Assembly (NCBI GenBank): GCA_963922215.1
Contig: CAWUHY010000001.1
Location: forward strand, 1,246-65,245
Direction: 5' to 3'
DNA from: an uncultured Gammaproteobacteria bacterium
GTDB lineage: Bacteria > Pseudomonadota > Gammaproteobacteria > Steroidobacterales > Woeseiaceae
DNA length: 64,000 nucleotides
In this document: one piece after another, positions 35,699 through 46,379 of the stretch
Position numbering within the stretch: position 1 is the first letter of the stretch
Layout of the letters: each line of letters begins with the position of its first letter
Translations under genes and position numbers: made by a program
The notes under the pieces: generated by a model
The model's database searches: none
Told to the model about the DNA's origin: nothing
The model's input: only the letters and a program-made list of their open reading frames with translations

Positions 35699-37855
35699 TC
35701 AGTTCTTCTCGCGCGGCGGCAAGCCCGTGTGCTGTGTGAGGACTTTGCCGCGATTGACGCGTCGCCGATGCGCTTCTTTCGTGTTCTTGCGGCGCGACGA
35801 CTTCGCCCGGTAGCCCTTCGGCTGGTCGACCGGCACGAGTTTGTCGGGCCCGGAGCCGATCAGGTGCTCAAGCTTCATGTCCTTCAATGCGTCGCGGATC
35901 ATCGGCCAGTTGTCCGGATCATGGTAACGCAAGAGCGCCTTGTGCAGTTTTCGCTCGACCTTGCTCTTGACGATCTCGACCTTCTCGCTGTTGTAGGTGA
36001 CCTTGCGCAGCGGATTCTTGCCGGAGTGATACATCGCCGTCGCGGTCGCCATCGGTGACGGGTAGAACGCCTGCACCTGGTCCGCGCGGAAATTGTAACG
36101 TTTCAGCCACAGCGCGAGGTTCACCATATCGAGATCGGTCGTGCCGGGATGCGCGGCAATAAAATACGGAATCAGGTACTGCTCCTTGCCCGCTTCCTTG
36201 CTGAACTTCTCGAACAGCTCCTTGAACTCGTCGTAGGTGCCGATGCCCGGCTTCATCATCTTGTCGAGCGGGCCGCGCTCGGTATGCTCCGGCGCGATCT
36301 TCAGGTAGCCGCCGACGTGATGCGTCACGAGCTCCTTCACATACTCCGGATCCTTGACGGCGAGGTCGTAGCGCAGGCCGGATGCGATTAGCACCTTCTT
36401 GATGCCGGGCAGTTCACGCGTTTTGCGATACAACTTGGTCAGTGCCGAATGGTCGGTGTTGAGGTTCGGGCAGACACCGGGGTAAACGCAGCTCGGTTTG
36501 CGGCAGGCAGCCTCGATCTCCTTACTCTTGCAGGCGAGTCGGTACATGTTCGCCGTCGGCCCACCGAGGTCCGAGATGACGCCCGTAAAGCCCGGAACCG
36601 TGTCGCGAATTTTCTCGACTTCCTCGAGGATGGATTGTTCAGAGCGGCTCTGGATGATCCGGCCTTCATGCTCGGTGATCGAGCAAAACGTACAGCCGCC
36701 GAAACAGCCGCGCATGATGTTGACTGAAAACCGAATCATCTCGTAGGCGGGGATGTTCGCGTCGCCGTAGGCAGGATGCGGGACGCGTGCGAACGGCATG
36801 CCGAACACGTAGTCCATCTCTTCCGTCGTCAGCGGCTCGGCCGGACGGTTGAGCCAGAGTTCCTGCTTACCGTGCGCCTGCACGAGCGCGCGGGCATTGC
36901 CCGGATTTGTTTCGAGGTGCAGCACCCGGTTCGCATGCGCGTAGAGCACCGGGTCGTTGCGGACTTTCTCGAACGATGGCAGGCGAATGACCGAGCGTGA
37001 GCGGTTCTTCTTCGCGTCCGGAACGAAGCGCAGCACGTTGCCGCTTTGTTCCGCGCTGTCTGTTTCCGCCTGCTTCGTCGCGCACGCGGCGGTGTCCTGC
37101 GTGTTGACGTAGGGGCTGACGATCGCGTCGACCCGGCCCGGTCGATCGATACGCGTCGAGTCAATTTCCCACCAGCCCTCCGGTGTGTCGGAGCGCAGGA
37201 AGGCCGTGCCGCGAATGTCGGTCATGTCCTCGATGCTTTCACCGCGCGCGAGGCGGTGCGCGACTTCGACAACGGCGCGTTCCGCGTTGCCGTACAGCAG
37301 GATGTCCGCGTGTGCGTCGACGAGGATTGAGCGCCGTACCTTGTTCTGCCAGTAGTCGTAGTGCGCGATGCGCCGCAGTGACGCCTCGATGCCCCCAAGC
37401 ACGATCGGCACATCGCCGTAGGCTTCCCGCACGCGCTGCGAGTAAACGAGCGAACAACGGTCGGGGCGCTTGCCGCCGACGCCGCCGGGTGTGTAGGCGT
37501 CGTCATTGCGGACTTTTCGATCCGCGGTGTAGCGGTTGATCATTGAGTCCATGTTGCCGGCCGCGATGCCGAAGAAGAGGTTCGGCTTGCCGAGCGCCTC
37601 AAAGGCCTGCGTGGACTGCCAGTCCGGCTGCGCGATGATACCGACGCGGAAGCCCTGCGCTTCGAGAAGCCGCCCGATGATCGCCATGCCAAAGGACGGG
37701 TGATCGACGTAGGCGTCGCCCGTCACGATGATGATGTCGCAGGAATCCCAGCCGAGCGTGTCCATCTCGGCGCGCGACATCGGCAAGAACGGTGCCGTGC
37801 CGTAGCACTCGGCCCAGTAGGGGTCGAAATCGTAGATGGCTTTCGCGGTTCGCAT
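35699..37855 (-). CDS. ygiQ: YgiQ family radical SAM protein (UPF0313)
   Basis: 718 aa. Radical SAM cluster motif C...C..C in [13 protein letters not shown]-terminal YgiQ-type domain and a basic C-terminal tail. Confidence 0.9.
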   Translation of the reverse strand: MRTAKAIYDFDPYWAECYGTAPFLPMSRAEMDTLGWDSCDIIIVTGDAYVDHPSFGMAIIGRLLEAQGFRVGIIAQPDWQSTQAFEALGKPNLFFGIAAGNMDSMINRYTADRKVRNDDAYTPGGVGGKRPDRCSLVYSQRVREAYGDVPIVLGGIEASLRRIAHYDYWQNKVRRSILVDAHADILLYGNAERAVVEVAHRLARGESIEDMTDIRGTAFLRSDTPEGWWEIDSTRIDRPGRVDAIVSPYVNTQDTAACATKQAETDSAEQSGNVLRFVPDAKKNRSRSVIRLPSFEKVRNDPVLYAHANRVLHLETNPGNARALVQAHGKQELWLNRPAEPLTTEEMDYVFGMPFARVPHPAYGDANIPAYEMIRFSVNIMRGCFGGCTFCSITEHEGRIIQSRSEQSILEEVEKIRDTVPGFTGVISDLGGPTANMYRLACKSKEIEAACRKPSCVYPGVCPNLNTDHSALTKLYRKTRELPGIKKVLIASGLRYDLAVKDPEYVKELVTHHVGGYLKIAPEHTERGPLDKMMKPGIGTYDEFKELFEKFSKEAGKEQYLIPYFIAAHPGTTDLDMVNLALWLKRYNFRADQVQAFYPSPMATATAMYHSGKNPLRKVTYNSEKVEIVKSKVERKLHKALLRYHDPDNWPMIRDALKDMKLEHLIGSGPDKLVPVDQPKGYRAKSSRRKNTKEAHRRRVNRGKVLTQHTGLPPREKN

Positions 37856-37949
37856 GGCGCGATTGTAGCGGACTTACCCTGACTCGCGCGCGCTAGCCCC
37901 GGTCGCGATCGGTTCGCAAAGCCCTGAAATCGGGCGATTTTCAGAGAAT

Positions 37950-39557
37950 CTAAAAGGGCCGCTGCTCGCGAACGATGGTCTCGCCGTCCGGATAGCTCAC
38001 CGTGTACTGGTGACGAATGCGCCAGGTGTCGCCACCATCCAGCGATTTCCGCCACAGGAACAGGCCCGGCTTGTCGTCGATAGCGCGTTCGGTCGGCGAC
38101 GTGGCGGAGCGCGGCACCACGACCTCGATCTCGTCGTTGCGCGCGACCGGGATGCGGTCCAGTACTTCGACCACCGTCGGCTTGGAGCGCCGATTCACGA
38201 TCTCGAACAGGTAGTCGGTCGCCTCGACCTTGCGACGGCTCAACAGACCGCTTTCGCTGTCCTTCCCGCCCTGCGATTCCGACGTCACGACAATGCGCCT
38301 GTCCTGTCCCATCGGGATCACGACGTTCGCGCCGGGCATGACCTCCGGCAGGTTCGCGTTCCCGGAGAATACGCCGTCGACGTAGACGCGGACGGTGCTC
38401 GCGAACAGCGGCAGATCTTCTTCGTAGGTAAAGCGGGCGGTGAGATAGGCCTCGGTGCTCTGGCGCGGAACGACGCGCGTGACGAGCTCGGAGCTTGTCG
38501 TGAAGCTCGTGAGGTCGAGGGTGACCGCCTCGTCCACGTCGTTCGGAATGCTGGTCCGTCCGGGGATGTCAAAGCTGGTCGCGAAATTGCCGATCGTTGG
38601 TTCTACTTCGCGGTTTGCCGTGACAACAATTTCCTGCACGCTCGGGACGGCCATGTATTCCTTCTTAAATGCGCGTGAATCCATTTCCGGCTGCGGTTTT
38701 CGAAGATCGATGAACTCCGGCGAGAGCTGCGGCGCTTCGAGGCGGCCACTCGGGCGACTCGTCGACAATGTCAGGCGAATGTTGTTCCACGGCTGGTCAG
38801 TGTCCTGACTGACCTCGGCTTGCTGAGAAAGCTTCAGCTCGCCTGTCTCGCTGTCGAGACGGGCTTCGTAAATCGGGCGCCAGTAGGCGTCGTAATTGAA
38901 GTAAGTCACACGAACTTCGGTGCGCGTGTTCTGCCTTGCACCCAGCGTCACCTCGACTGTCTTTGATTGCAGACCACCGCCGCGCAGGTCGTTCAGTTCG
39001 CGCTGCAGCAACGAGAGATCCTTCTCGAGCTCCGCCCGCTTTGCCTGGTTGTCGCGCTTGAGTTCGCCGGCTGTTTCGGCACCGCGCTGCAGGAGGCTCA
39101 AGACCTGCTGCAGGCTCTCGACGCTGAGCGTGCCGCCGTCATTCACGGTTTCGCGCGAGTAACCCGCAGCAATGCCGTCCAAAAACTTGAGCCGCAGCTC
39201 TGCACCGGCCGTGCTGTCGTCGACCTCCTGGATCTCCATCTGCTTTGCGGCAATCGCCTGCTCGAGTTCGGCGATGTCGTCGCGGGCTGTGCTTCTCGCC
39301 TGCTCGCGCGACAGCCGGACCTGCCCGATCGTCACCGACGAGTCCGACACGGAGACCTGCAGATACTGCGGGTCGAGTTCGTCGTCGAGGCCGGTCAGGC
39401 TGATGGTGTTTTCCCCGGGTGACAGACTGACCGTCGCGACCCGCGTCAGGAGGGCGCCCTGCGGGTAGACGGTGGCCGACTCGAGACGTGACTCTGTGTC
39501 ATTCGCAAGCGCTCCTGCGGGCAGGAGCATGGACAGGACGAACAGGCGCTTCAGCAT
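37950..39557 (-). CDS. DUF4140/DUF4139 domain protein (mucoidy inhibitor MuiA-like family), secreted
   Basis: 535 aa. Signal peptide, an N-terminal segment, a central coiled coil, then a large C-terminal beta-rich domain, as in DUF4139 proteins. Confidence 0.65.
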   Translation of the reverse strand: MLKRLFVLSMLLPAGALANDTESRLESATVYPQGALLTRVATVSLSPGENTISLTGLDDELDPQYLQVSVSDSSVTIGQVRLSREQARSTARDDIAELEQAIAAKQMEIQEVDDSTAGAELRLKFLDGIAAGYSRETVNDGGTLSVESLQQVLSLLQRGAETAGELKRDNQAKRAELEKDLSLLQRELNDLRGGGLQSKTVEVTLGARQNTRTEVRVTYFNYDAYWRPIYEARLDSETGELKLSQQAEVSQDTDQPWNNIRLTLSTSRPSGRLEAPQLSPEFIDLRKPQPEMDSRAFKKEYMAVPSVQEIVVTANREVEPTIGNFATSFDIPGRTSIPNDVDEAVTLDLTSFTTSSELVTRVVPRQSTEAYLTARFTYEEDLPLFASTVRVYVDGVFSGNANLPEVMPGANVVIPMGQDRRIVVTSESQGGKDSESGLLSRRKVEATDYLFEIVNRRSKPTVVEVLDRIPVARNDEIEVVVPRSATSPTERAIDDKPGLFLWRKSLDGGDTWRIRHQYTVSYPDGETIVREQRPF

Positions 39558-39783
39558 CGGAACTCCTCATGCGGGTGTCCTCGCATCTTGCCCCGCTGCC
39601 CGCGACGGGACAAGTCAGCCCGGATGTGGCGATTTGCTACGCGCGTTGTGGACAAAAGGCGTCGTCAGTGGTGAGAATGCCGTTAATGTCCCAGATTCAG
39701 ATTCTCGAGCCGCTTCGCGTGCCGGGCACCGCAAGCGTGCTGGCTTCCCGTTGCCTGCCTTCGACCGCGCCGGGCAACGCCGC

Positions 39784-40476
39784 GTGAGCGATCGGCTGCT
39801 CGATACCACTTACGACATCGCGACACCGGAAGGCGTTGAGCTGCGACTGCCGGTCGCCGGATTCGCGCCCCGCTGTCTCGCCTGGATGATCGACGCGCTC
39901 ATCAAATACACCTGCCTGCTCGTCGCCTCCATCGTCGCCAACATCATGGGCGACTTCGGCATGGGTCTGATGTTGCTCGCGGCGTTTTTCCTTTTGTGGC
40001 TGTATAACGTCATCTTCGAGGTGATGTTCAACGGCGCGACGCCCGGAAAGAAGGTCTTGAGCCTCCGCGTCATGAACGTCGACGGCACGCCGGTGGGCTG
40101 GTCCGGATCGATCATTCGCAACCTGATTCGCTTCATCGATGTGCTGCCCGGTGCGTATCTCTTCGGCATGCTGAGCATCACGCTCACCAAACGCATGCAG
40201 CGCCTCGGCGACCTGGCAGGCGACACGCTGGTCGTCTACCAGCCGAAACAGCCGGCGCGCGGCAAGCTCAACACGGTGTCCCCGACACCGCTGACGCTGC
40301 CGATGAGCCCGGACGAGCAAAAGGCCCTCGTCAGCTTCGGCGAACGTGCCGCACTGCTGAACCAGGATCGTGCGAACGAGCTCGCGCGCATCATCGCGCC
40401 GCTGACCAATGACGCGTCGACGGACACGCTGCGCAGCCACGCCGCCTGGATTGTTGGCAGGAGAGACGACGAATGA
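39784..40476 (+). CDS. RDD family membrane protein
   Basis: Part of ORF 39472..40476. A GTG at 39784 is chosen because upstream in-frame starts overlap the convergent DUF4139 gene, but the start is uncertain. RDD-like pattern A.F..R.LA..ID ... G.TPGK......V. Confidence 0.7.
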   Translation: MSDRLLDTTYDIATPEGVELRLPVAGFAPRCLAWMIDALIKYTCLLVASIVANIMGDFGMGLMLLAAFFLLWLYNVIFEVMFNGATPGKKVLSLRVMNVDGTPVGWSGSIIRNLIRFIDVLPGAYLFGMLSITLTKRMQRLGDLAGDTLVVYQPKQPARGKLNTVSPTPLTLPMSPDEQKALVSFGERAALLNQDRANELARIIAPLTNDASTDTLRSHAAWIVGRRDDE

Positions 40477-41459
40477 AGCAGGAAGTCTTCGAGTCTCGCC
40501 ATCGCGACGAGTGGTACGTCTTCGAGCAGTGGCTCAAAAGCCTGTCGGGCAGCAAGATCACCGACCGGCCGAAAACCGACGAGCCGTTTCCGGTGCTGTA
40601 CCGCAAGATCTGCCACCATCTCGCACTTGCGCGCACACGCCAGTACAGCGCGGCGCTCCAGGAGCGTCTGCACCACCTCGCGCTCGAGGGGCACCAGTAC
40701 CTTTATAAGAATCGCAACAGCATGTTCCTGTCGTTCGCGCGCTTCTTCGTTCGCGATTTTCCGGCGGCGATGCGGCGGCACGGCCGCTACCTGTTCTGGT
40801 CGTGTCTCGCGTTTTTCGGGGTTGGCTTTGTTACTGCGTGGGTCGTGCAGGTGAAGCCCGAATTCATCTACATGCTGATGGATCCGACCCAGGTTGCGAG
40901 CATGGAGTCGATGTACGAGCCGGGGAACGAGGCGATCGGCCGCGAGCGGGGATCGGACTCGGACGTCATGATGTTCGGCTACTACATCTACAACAACATC
41001 TCGATCGGCTTTCGCACGTTTGCCGGTGGGCTCGTCTTCGGCATCGGGAGCCTGTTCTTCCTCGTGTTCAACGGCCTCGTCATCGGCGGCATCGCGAGCC
41101 ACCTGACGGCCGCGGGCATGTCCAGCACGTTCTGGCCGTTCGTGTCCGGTCACAGCTCCTTCGAACTCATCGCGATCGTAATCTTCGGCGCAGTCGGGCT
41201 CGCGATCGGTCGGCAGATGATCGCGCCCGGGCGTAAGACGCGCTGGGGCGCCGTGGCCGACCAGGCGCGCGACAGCCTGCCGCTGATCTACGGCGGCATA
41301 ACGATGCTGCTGATCGCGGCATTTGTTGAGGCCTTCTGGTCATCGACAACCTGGCCGCCGAACTCGATGAAATACACGGTTGGTATCTCCCTCTGGGTAT
41401 TACACATCCTCTACTTCACGCTCCTGGGCCGCCATGAATCTCGAAAACGTCACGGTTGA
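40473..41459 (+). CDS. SpoIIM-like (DUF95) integral membrane protein
   Basis: 328 aa. Cytoplasmic N-terminal helical region followed by ~5 TM helices (NNISIGFRTFAGG ... SFELIAIV). 4-nt overlap with the RDD gene. Confidence 0.65.
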   Translation: MKQEVFESRHRDEWYVFEQWLKSLSGSKITDRPKTDEPFPVLYRKICHHLALARTRQYSAALQERLHHLALEGHQYLYKNRNSMFLSFARFFVRDFPAAMRRHGRYLFWSCLAFFGVGFVTAWVVQVKPEFIYMLMDPTQVASMESMYEPGNEAIGRERGSDSDVMMFGYYIYNNISIGFRTFAGGLVFGIGSLFFLVFNGLVIGGIASHLTAAGMSSTFWPFVSGHSSFELIAIVIFGAVGLAIGRQMIAPGRKTRWGAVADQARDSLPLIYGGITMLLIAAFVEAFWSSTTWPPNSMKYTVGISLWVLHILYFTLLGRHESRKRHG

Positions 41460-42960
41460 GCTCAGGCCGAGAGGCGAGTGGGAGGCGGCGGAACTTGGCG
41501 GCCGGATGGTGCGCCGCGACGCCGGCACAATCTACCGCGTCTGGTTTGCGATGACCTTGCCGGCCGTCTTGCTGATGGGACTCATCACATGGTTCACAAA
41601 CTGGGGCGGCCTCGCGCTGCTGCTTTACTGGTGGCTGGAGCCGATCACCGACGGCCCGATTCTCCGCATCATCTCGCGCCGACTGTTCGGTGAGGAGCCG
41701 GACACGCGTTCGACCTTGAAAGCAGTTTTCTCTACAGCTTGGCGAAACAAGATCTACTGGCTGTCACCGCACCGCCTGCACTTCGCGCGCTCGACAATGA
41801 TGCCGGTGACCCAACTCGAAGGTTTAAGCGGCGCCCGCCGCCGGGCGCGCGCAAAAACTCTGGGCTCGCGCATCTTCAGCCACGGTGTTGGTGTGACCGC
41901 CGTTTATCAGCATCTCGTTCTCGCGCTGTACGTCGGCATGATTCTGCTGGTCTTCATGCTGATGCCCGAGTCCGTGCAGCAGTCTTGGGGACAGGACTGG
42001 TTCTCGATGTTCTGGGATACCAGCACGAAAATGACCGAGATTACGAACCTCGTCATTTTCTATCTTGCGCAGTCGGCCCTCCATCCGTGGTTCGTCGGCG
42101 CGGGCTTCGGCCTGTACATCAACTGCCGGACGCAGCTCGAGGCCTGGGACATCGAAGTGGCGTTCCGGCGCATGCTGCAACGCCGCGCTGCGATGACGGC
42201 CGCCGCTTCACTGCTTCTCGTTATTTTCCTCGTGCCAGTGCCTGGCTTTGCTCAGGAAACGGAACTCGCTGAGGAGACGACGCAACAGATTGAAGGCTAC
42301 TGGACTGACGAGGAGCTCGAAGCGCCGCTCGAGTCTGTTGGCAAGCTGGAAGAACTCGACATCTACGAGGAAGTCGACGACTGGCAACGCATCCAAAAAG
42401 CGAAAGAGCGTGAGGATGAAGAGGAAAGCAATTTCTCCGGCGACGCGATTGAGAATTTCTTCGAAGGTCTCACGCAGGTCATCTCCCTGATTGTCGAATT
42501 TGCTCTCTGGATCGCGGTCGCGCTGTTGCTGCTTGTCATCTTCTTAAGCCGCGAACGCTGGCTGCCTTATCTCAAGCCTTTCGATCTGCAAAAGACCAGC
42601 GCCCCGCGAGTCATCCTCGCCGGCGGGGAAGTTCGCGCCGAGGAATTGCCCGAGGATATTCCGCAGGCCGCGATGTCGCTGTGGAAAGAAGGCAAGCGGC
42701 GTGAGGCGCTCGCGCTGCTGTACCGCGGCACGGTATTCGCCGCGGTGGCGCACTACAACGTGAGGCTGCCGAAGAGTGCAACGGAGAACATGTGTGTCTC
42801 GGCTGTTGCGCGGTCGACCGGTGAAGAACAGACCGCTTTCTTCCGCCGCGTTGTCTCCGCCTGGATTCGCTGCGCGTATGCGTCGGAACTGGTCGATGAG
42901 GAAACGGTTGCCGCGCTCTGCCGCGACTGGCCGTCGCATTTCAAGGCGGTGCAGCAATGA
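41434..42960 (+). CDS. Membrane protein with C-terminal DUF4129-like domain
   Basis: ORF 41380..42960, ATG 41434 preferred. Several TM helices, an acidic linker, and a C-terminal block (ALALLYRGTVFAAVAHYNVRLPKSATE ... FRRVVSAWIRCAYA) resembling DUF4129. Confidence 0.6.
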   Translation: MNLENVTVELRPRGEWEAAELGGRMVRRDAGTIYRVWFAMTLPAVLLMGLITWFTNWGGLALLLYWWLEPITDGPILRIISRRLFGEEPDTRSTLKAVFSTAWRNKIYWLSPHRLHFARSTMMPVTQLEGLSGARRRARAKTLGSRIFSHGVGVTAVYQHLVLALYVGMILLVFMLMPESVQQSWGQDWFSMFWDTSTKMTEITNLVIFYLAQSALHPWFVGAGFGLYINCRTQLEAWDIEVAFRRMLQRRAAMTAAASLLLVIFLVPVPGFAQETELAEETTQQIEGYWTDEELEAPLESVGKLEELDIYEEVDDWQRIQKAKEREDEEESNFSGDAIENFFEGLTQVISLIVEFALWIAVALLLLVIFLSRERWLPYLKPFDLQKTSAPRVILAGGEVRAEELPEDIPQAAMSLWKEGKRREALALLYRGTVFAAVAHYNVRLPKSATENMCVSAVARSTGEEQTAFFRRVVSAWIRCAYASELVDEETVAALCRDWPSHFKAVQQ

Positions 42961-44102
42961 GGCAGACGACGCTGACGCTCCTGGTCATTCTTGCTGCGAC
43001 ACTGTTCGCCTCGTGGTGGTTCTCGAACTTTGAAAGAACGACCCGGCAGGAGTATGTCGGCCTGAGCGGTGAGGCACGCTACAACGACTACTTCGCCGCG
43101 GAGGCGCTCTTGAAGGAAGTCGGGATCGACGCGGACGGGATCGCCACGCTCTCGCCCGACACCTGGCTGCCGCCGACCGACGATACGCTGGTTCTGTCAC
43201 TCGACGAGGTCTTGCTGCTCGAAGCCGTCGCGCTCGACACCTGGGTGCAGGGCGGCGGCCACCTCGTGATTACGCCGGGGCGCGAAGACGGCTCACTCGA
43301 GCGCTACCTCGGCGGGGCGCTCGCAGCAAAGTATGTTTCGATCGATTCAGAAGCTGTTGTCCAAGAGGTCGCCGATGCCGTCGACGCGGCCGTTGAAGAG
43401 GACATCCCGGCGGACGAGGTCTTAGAGGACCATGACTACTTCTGGTGGGGCGACTCGCGCATCGAGCTCATTGATGCCAGCGCCGCTGTCGCGACAATGG
43501 AAGACGACTACGGGATCACCGTGGCTCGGCTGTTGCGGGGTCAGGGGATCGTGACGATTCTCTCGGCTGACTGGATGTTCGCAAACCTGCAGCTCACCGA
43601 GGCTCGAAACGCGCGGCTGTTGCTCGACATCGTCGACGGCTACTACGAGCCGGGCAAAGTCTGGTTCGTTTACAGCAACAGCTTCGACTCGCTGATCGCC
43701 TATATCGTCAAGACGATTCCGTTTACTGTTCTCGCGCTCGTCATCGCGTTAGCGTTGTGGCTTCTCTCAATTTTGCCGCGCTTCGGTCCGCCGATCAGTC
43801 CGACCGTGCGGGAGCGACGATCTTTGATCGAACACATCGCTGCCGCGGGTTCTTTCGAATGGAAACACGCCGAGCGTGAGGCGCTGGCCAGCAGCTCGAT
43901 CAGCCTGCTGCTGCACACTGCGGAGCGCCGCCACCCCGGCATCGGACGTTTGCCCCTGAAAGAACAGGCGACGCGTCTCGCATCGATCACGGGCCTGCCC
44001 GCTCAGGATATCGCTGACGCGCTGGCGACGCTGGACGGACACACGCCGCGAGGCTTCACGAAACACATGCAAATACTTCAGAAAACACGAGACAGACTAT
44101 GA
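42957..44102 (+). CDS. DUF4350 domain-containing protein
   Basis: 381 aa. N-terminal TM helix, a GGGHLVITPG block, a second TM helix and a C-terminal helical region. 4-nt overlaps on both sides. Confidence 0.6.
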   Translation: MRQTTLTLLVILAATLFASWWFSNFERTTRQEYVGLSGEARYNDYFAAEALLKEVGIDADGIATLSPDTWLPPTDDTLVLSLDEVLLLEAVALDTWVQGGGHLVITPGREDGSLERYLGGALAAKYVSIDSEAVVQEVADAVDAAVEEDIPADEVLEDHDYFWWGDSRIELIDASAAVATMEDDYGITVARLLRGQGIVTILSADWMFANLQLTEARNARLLLDIVDGYYEPGKVWFVYSNSFDSLIAYIVKTIPFTVLALVIALALWLLSILPRFGPPISPTVRERRSLIEHIAAAGSFEWKHAEREALASSSISLLLHTAERRHPGIGRLPLKEQATRLASITGLPAQDIADALATLDGHTPRGFTKHMQILQKTRDRL

Positions 44103-45073
44103 GCGAGTACGAATCACACATCGCAAGCCTGAGCCAGAAACTCGAGACACTACGCCAGGAGATCGGCAAGGCATTCGTCGGGCAGCCGGACACGGTCAAC
44201 AGCGTTCTCTTGAGCCTGCTCGCGGGTGGGCACGTCCTGCTCGAAGGCGTACCGGGACTCGGTAAAACGCTACTGGTGAAGGCGCTCTCGCGCTCCATCG
44301 GCGTCGAGTTCGCGCGCATCCAGTTCACGCCGGACATGATGCCAAGCGACGTCAGCGGCCATGCCGTGTACGAGCCAAGCAAAGACAGTTTCCGCGTTCG
44401 ACGCGGTCCCGTCTTCACCAATCTGCTGCTGGCCGATGAAATCAACCGCGCGCCGGCGAAGACGCAGGCCGCGCTGCTCGAGGTCATGCAGGAAGGGCAG
44501 GTCACGATCGAGGGCACGCCGTCAAAGCTCGAGCCGCCGTTCATGGTTGTCGCAACGCAGAACCCGATCGAGCACGAAGGCACGTATCCGCTACCCGAAG
44601 CACAGCTCGACCGCTTCCTGCTGAAAGTCCTGATCGACTACCCGGAACAAACCGACGAAGTGCGCATTGCCGCGGCGGCTACGGGAAATCGCGTTGGCGA
44701 CGCGCTGTATGTTGATTCGCTCGAGCCCGTCATGCGCCGCGAGGACATCCTGATGGCGCAGAAGCTCGTCGCCGCAGCGACGGTCGATGAAGCCGTTCTG
44801 GATTACGCCGTGCGGATTTCCCGCCAGACGCGCGAGGCCTCCGGCATTCGAATCGGTGCCGGACCGCGCGGTACGATTTCGATGATTCGTGCGGCGCGCG
44901 GCGCTGCCGTGATGCACGGTCGGCACTTTGTCACCCCGGACGATATTCGCGAAGTTGCGATTCCGGCCCTGCGGCATCGCATCGCCTTATCGCCCGAGCT
45001 GGAGATCGAGTCCTACAAGCCGGACGACATCCTCAAAGAAACGATCAAGGAAGTCATCGCCCCACGCCAATGA
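44099..45073 (+). CDS. MoxR family AAA+ ATPase
   Basis: 324 aa. Walker A LEGVPGLGKT, Walker B LLADEINRA, VVATQNP, and a MoxR-type C-terminal lid. Confidence 0.93.
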   Translation: MSEYESHIASLSQKLETLRQEIGKAFVGQPDTVNSVLLSLLAGGHVLLEGVPGLGKTLLVKALSRSIGVEFARIQFTPDMMPSDVSGHAVYEPSKDSFRVRRGPVFTNLLLADEINRAPAKTQAALLEVMQEGQVTIEGTPSKLEPPFMVVATQNPIEHEGTYPLPEAQLDRFLLKVLIDYPEQTDEVRIAAAATGNRVGDALYVDSLEPVMRREDILMAQKLVAAATVDEAVLDYAVRISRQTREASGIRIGAGPRGTISMIRAARGAAVMHGRHFVTPDDIREVAIPALRHRIALSPELEIESYKPDDILKETIKEVIAPRQ

Positions 45074-46374
45074 TCCCGACGCGACGCTTCATCACCGCGA
45101 GCCTGATTCTCGCCGCACTGGGTCTCGTCCCGCTGTGGTACGAGCAGTTCGCCGCGCTGTGGATTTCGGCGCTTGCGCTGCTGCTCGTCGTCGCGCTCGG
45201 CGATTTCCTGGTGTGGAGAGGTCATTCGGTGACAGTCGTGCGCCAGGTGCCGCTCGCTGTTTCGCTCGACAGCTGGGTCGACGTGACGCTGCAGGTGTCG
45301 AACGCAGAGAACGGTCGCAAGCTCGCGCTCGAGCTGTTCGACCACTACCCCGAGACCTTCGAAGCGGAAGGCATGCCCGCAAACCTCGTCATTGAGCCGG
45401 GCAACAGGGCGGAAGTGACCTACCGCGTCCGGCCGATGGAGCGCGGGCCGGCGGAGTTCGGCGGAACGGACCTGCGCCTCGAGTCACTGTTCGGACTGTG
45501 GAAGCGGCGGGCGCGCATCGGCGAGCCTTCGACGGTGCGCGTCTATCCAAATTACTCGACCGTGTCGAAGCAACTCGCCTACCAGGTCGACAGCAACCTG
45601 CAGCTCGCGGGTCTCAAGATCCGCCAGCGACGCGGCGAGGGCACGGAATTTCACCAGCTTCGCGACTACCGCGAAGGCGACGCGTTTCGCTCCATCGACT
45701 GGAAGGCGACCGCGCGCGTCGGACGGCTGATCGCGCGCGAATACCAGGATGAGCGGGACCAGCAGGTTGTCGTCCTGCTCGACACCGGCCGGCGCATGCT
45801 GGCGAAAGACTTGAGCTTGAGCCACTTCGATCACACGCTGAACGCGATGCTGCTCCTGTGCTACGTTGCGCTGCGCCAGGGTGACGCCGCGGGAGTCATG
45901 ACGATGGGCGACGGCCGACGGTTTCTGCCGCCGAGGAAAGGTGCGAGTGCGATCAACAGCATCCTGAATCACGTCTACAGCATTCAGCCGGACAACTCGG
46001 AAACCGACTACATCGCAGCGGCGACGGACCTCGCCGTTCGCCAGCGCCGGCGTTCGCTGGTTGTGATGCTGACGAACGTACGCGAGGAAGATTCGGACGA
46101 ACTGCAGGCCGCCGTGAATTTATTGCGCCAGAAGCACCTCGTGATGATCGCGAGCCTGCGCGAACGCGTTCTGGACGACACGCTGGATCGGCCGGTCCGG
46201 AACTACAAAGAGGCGCTGACGTTTGCGGCGACCAACCAGTATCTCGACGCCCGGCAGGACGCGCACAATCTGCTGCGCGCCGCCGGCGTCTACGTTGAAG
46301 ACTGCCTGTGCGAGGATCTGCCGGCGGCGATTACGAATCGCTATCTCGCGATCAAGCGTGCCGGAATGCTTTGA
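45070..46374 (+). CDS. DUF58 domain-containing protein (vWA-like, MoxR partner)
   Basis: 434 aa. Two N-terminal TM helices. DUF58 signature G.EF..LR.Y..GD..R.IDW.A.AR (GTEFHQLRDYREGDAFRSIDWKATAR). Confidence 0.88.
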   Translation: MIPTRRFITASLILAALGLVPLWYEQFAALWISALALLLVVALGDFLVWRGHSVTVVRQVPLAVSLDSWVDVTLQVSNAENGRKLALELFDHYPETFEAEGMPANLVIEPGNRAEVTYRVRPMERGPAEFGGTDLRLESLFGLWKRRARIGEPSTVRVYPNYSTVSKQLAYQVDSNLQLAGLKIRQRRGEGTEFHQLRDYREGDAFRSIDWKATARVGRLIAREYQDERDQQVVVLLDTGRRMLAKDLSLSHFDHTLNAMLLLCYVALRQGDAAGVMTMGDGRRFLPPRKGASAINSILNHVYSIQPDNSETDYIAAATDLAVRQRRRSLVVMLTNVREEDSDELQAAVNLLRQKHLVMIASLRERVLDDTLDRPVRNYKEALTFAATNQYLDARQDAHNLLRAAGVYVEDCLCEDLPAAITNRYLAIKRAGML

Positions 46375-46379
46375 TTAAT

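Noticed and set aside
40236-41153. 305-aa minus-strand ORF opposite the RDD and SpoIIM-like genes (also 39697..40440)
   Set aside because: It is an antisense artefact with Arg/His/Glu-rich composition. The plus-strand genes form a coupled operon with family signatures.
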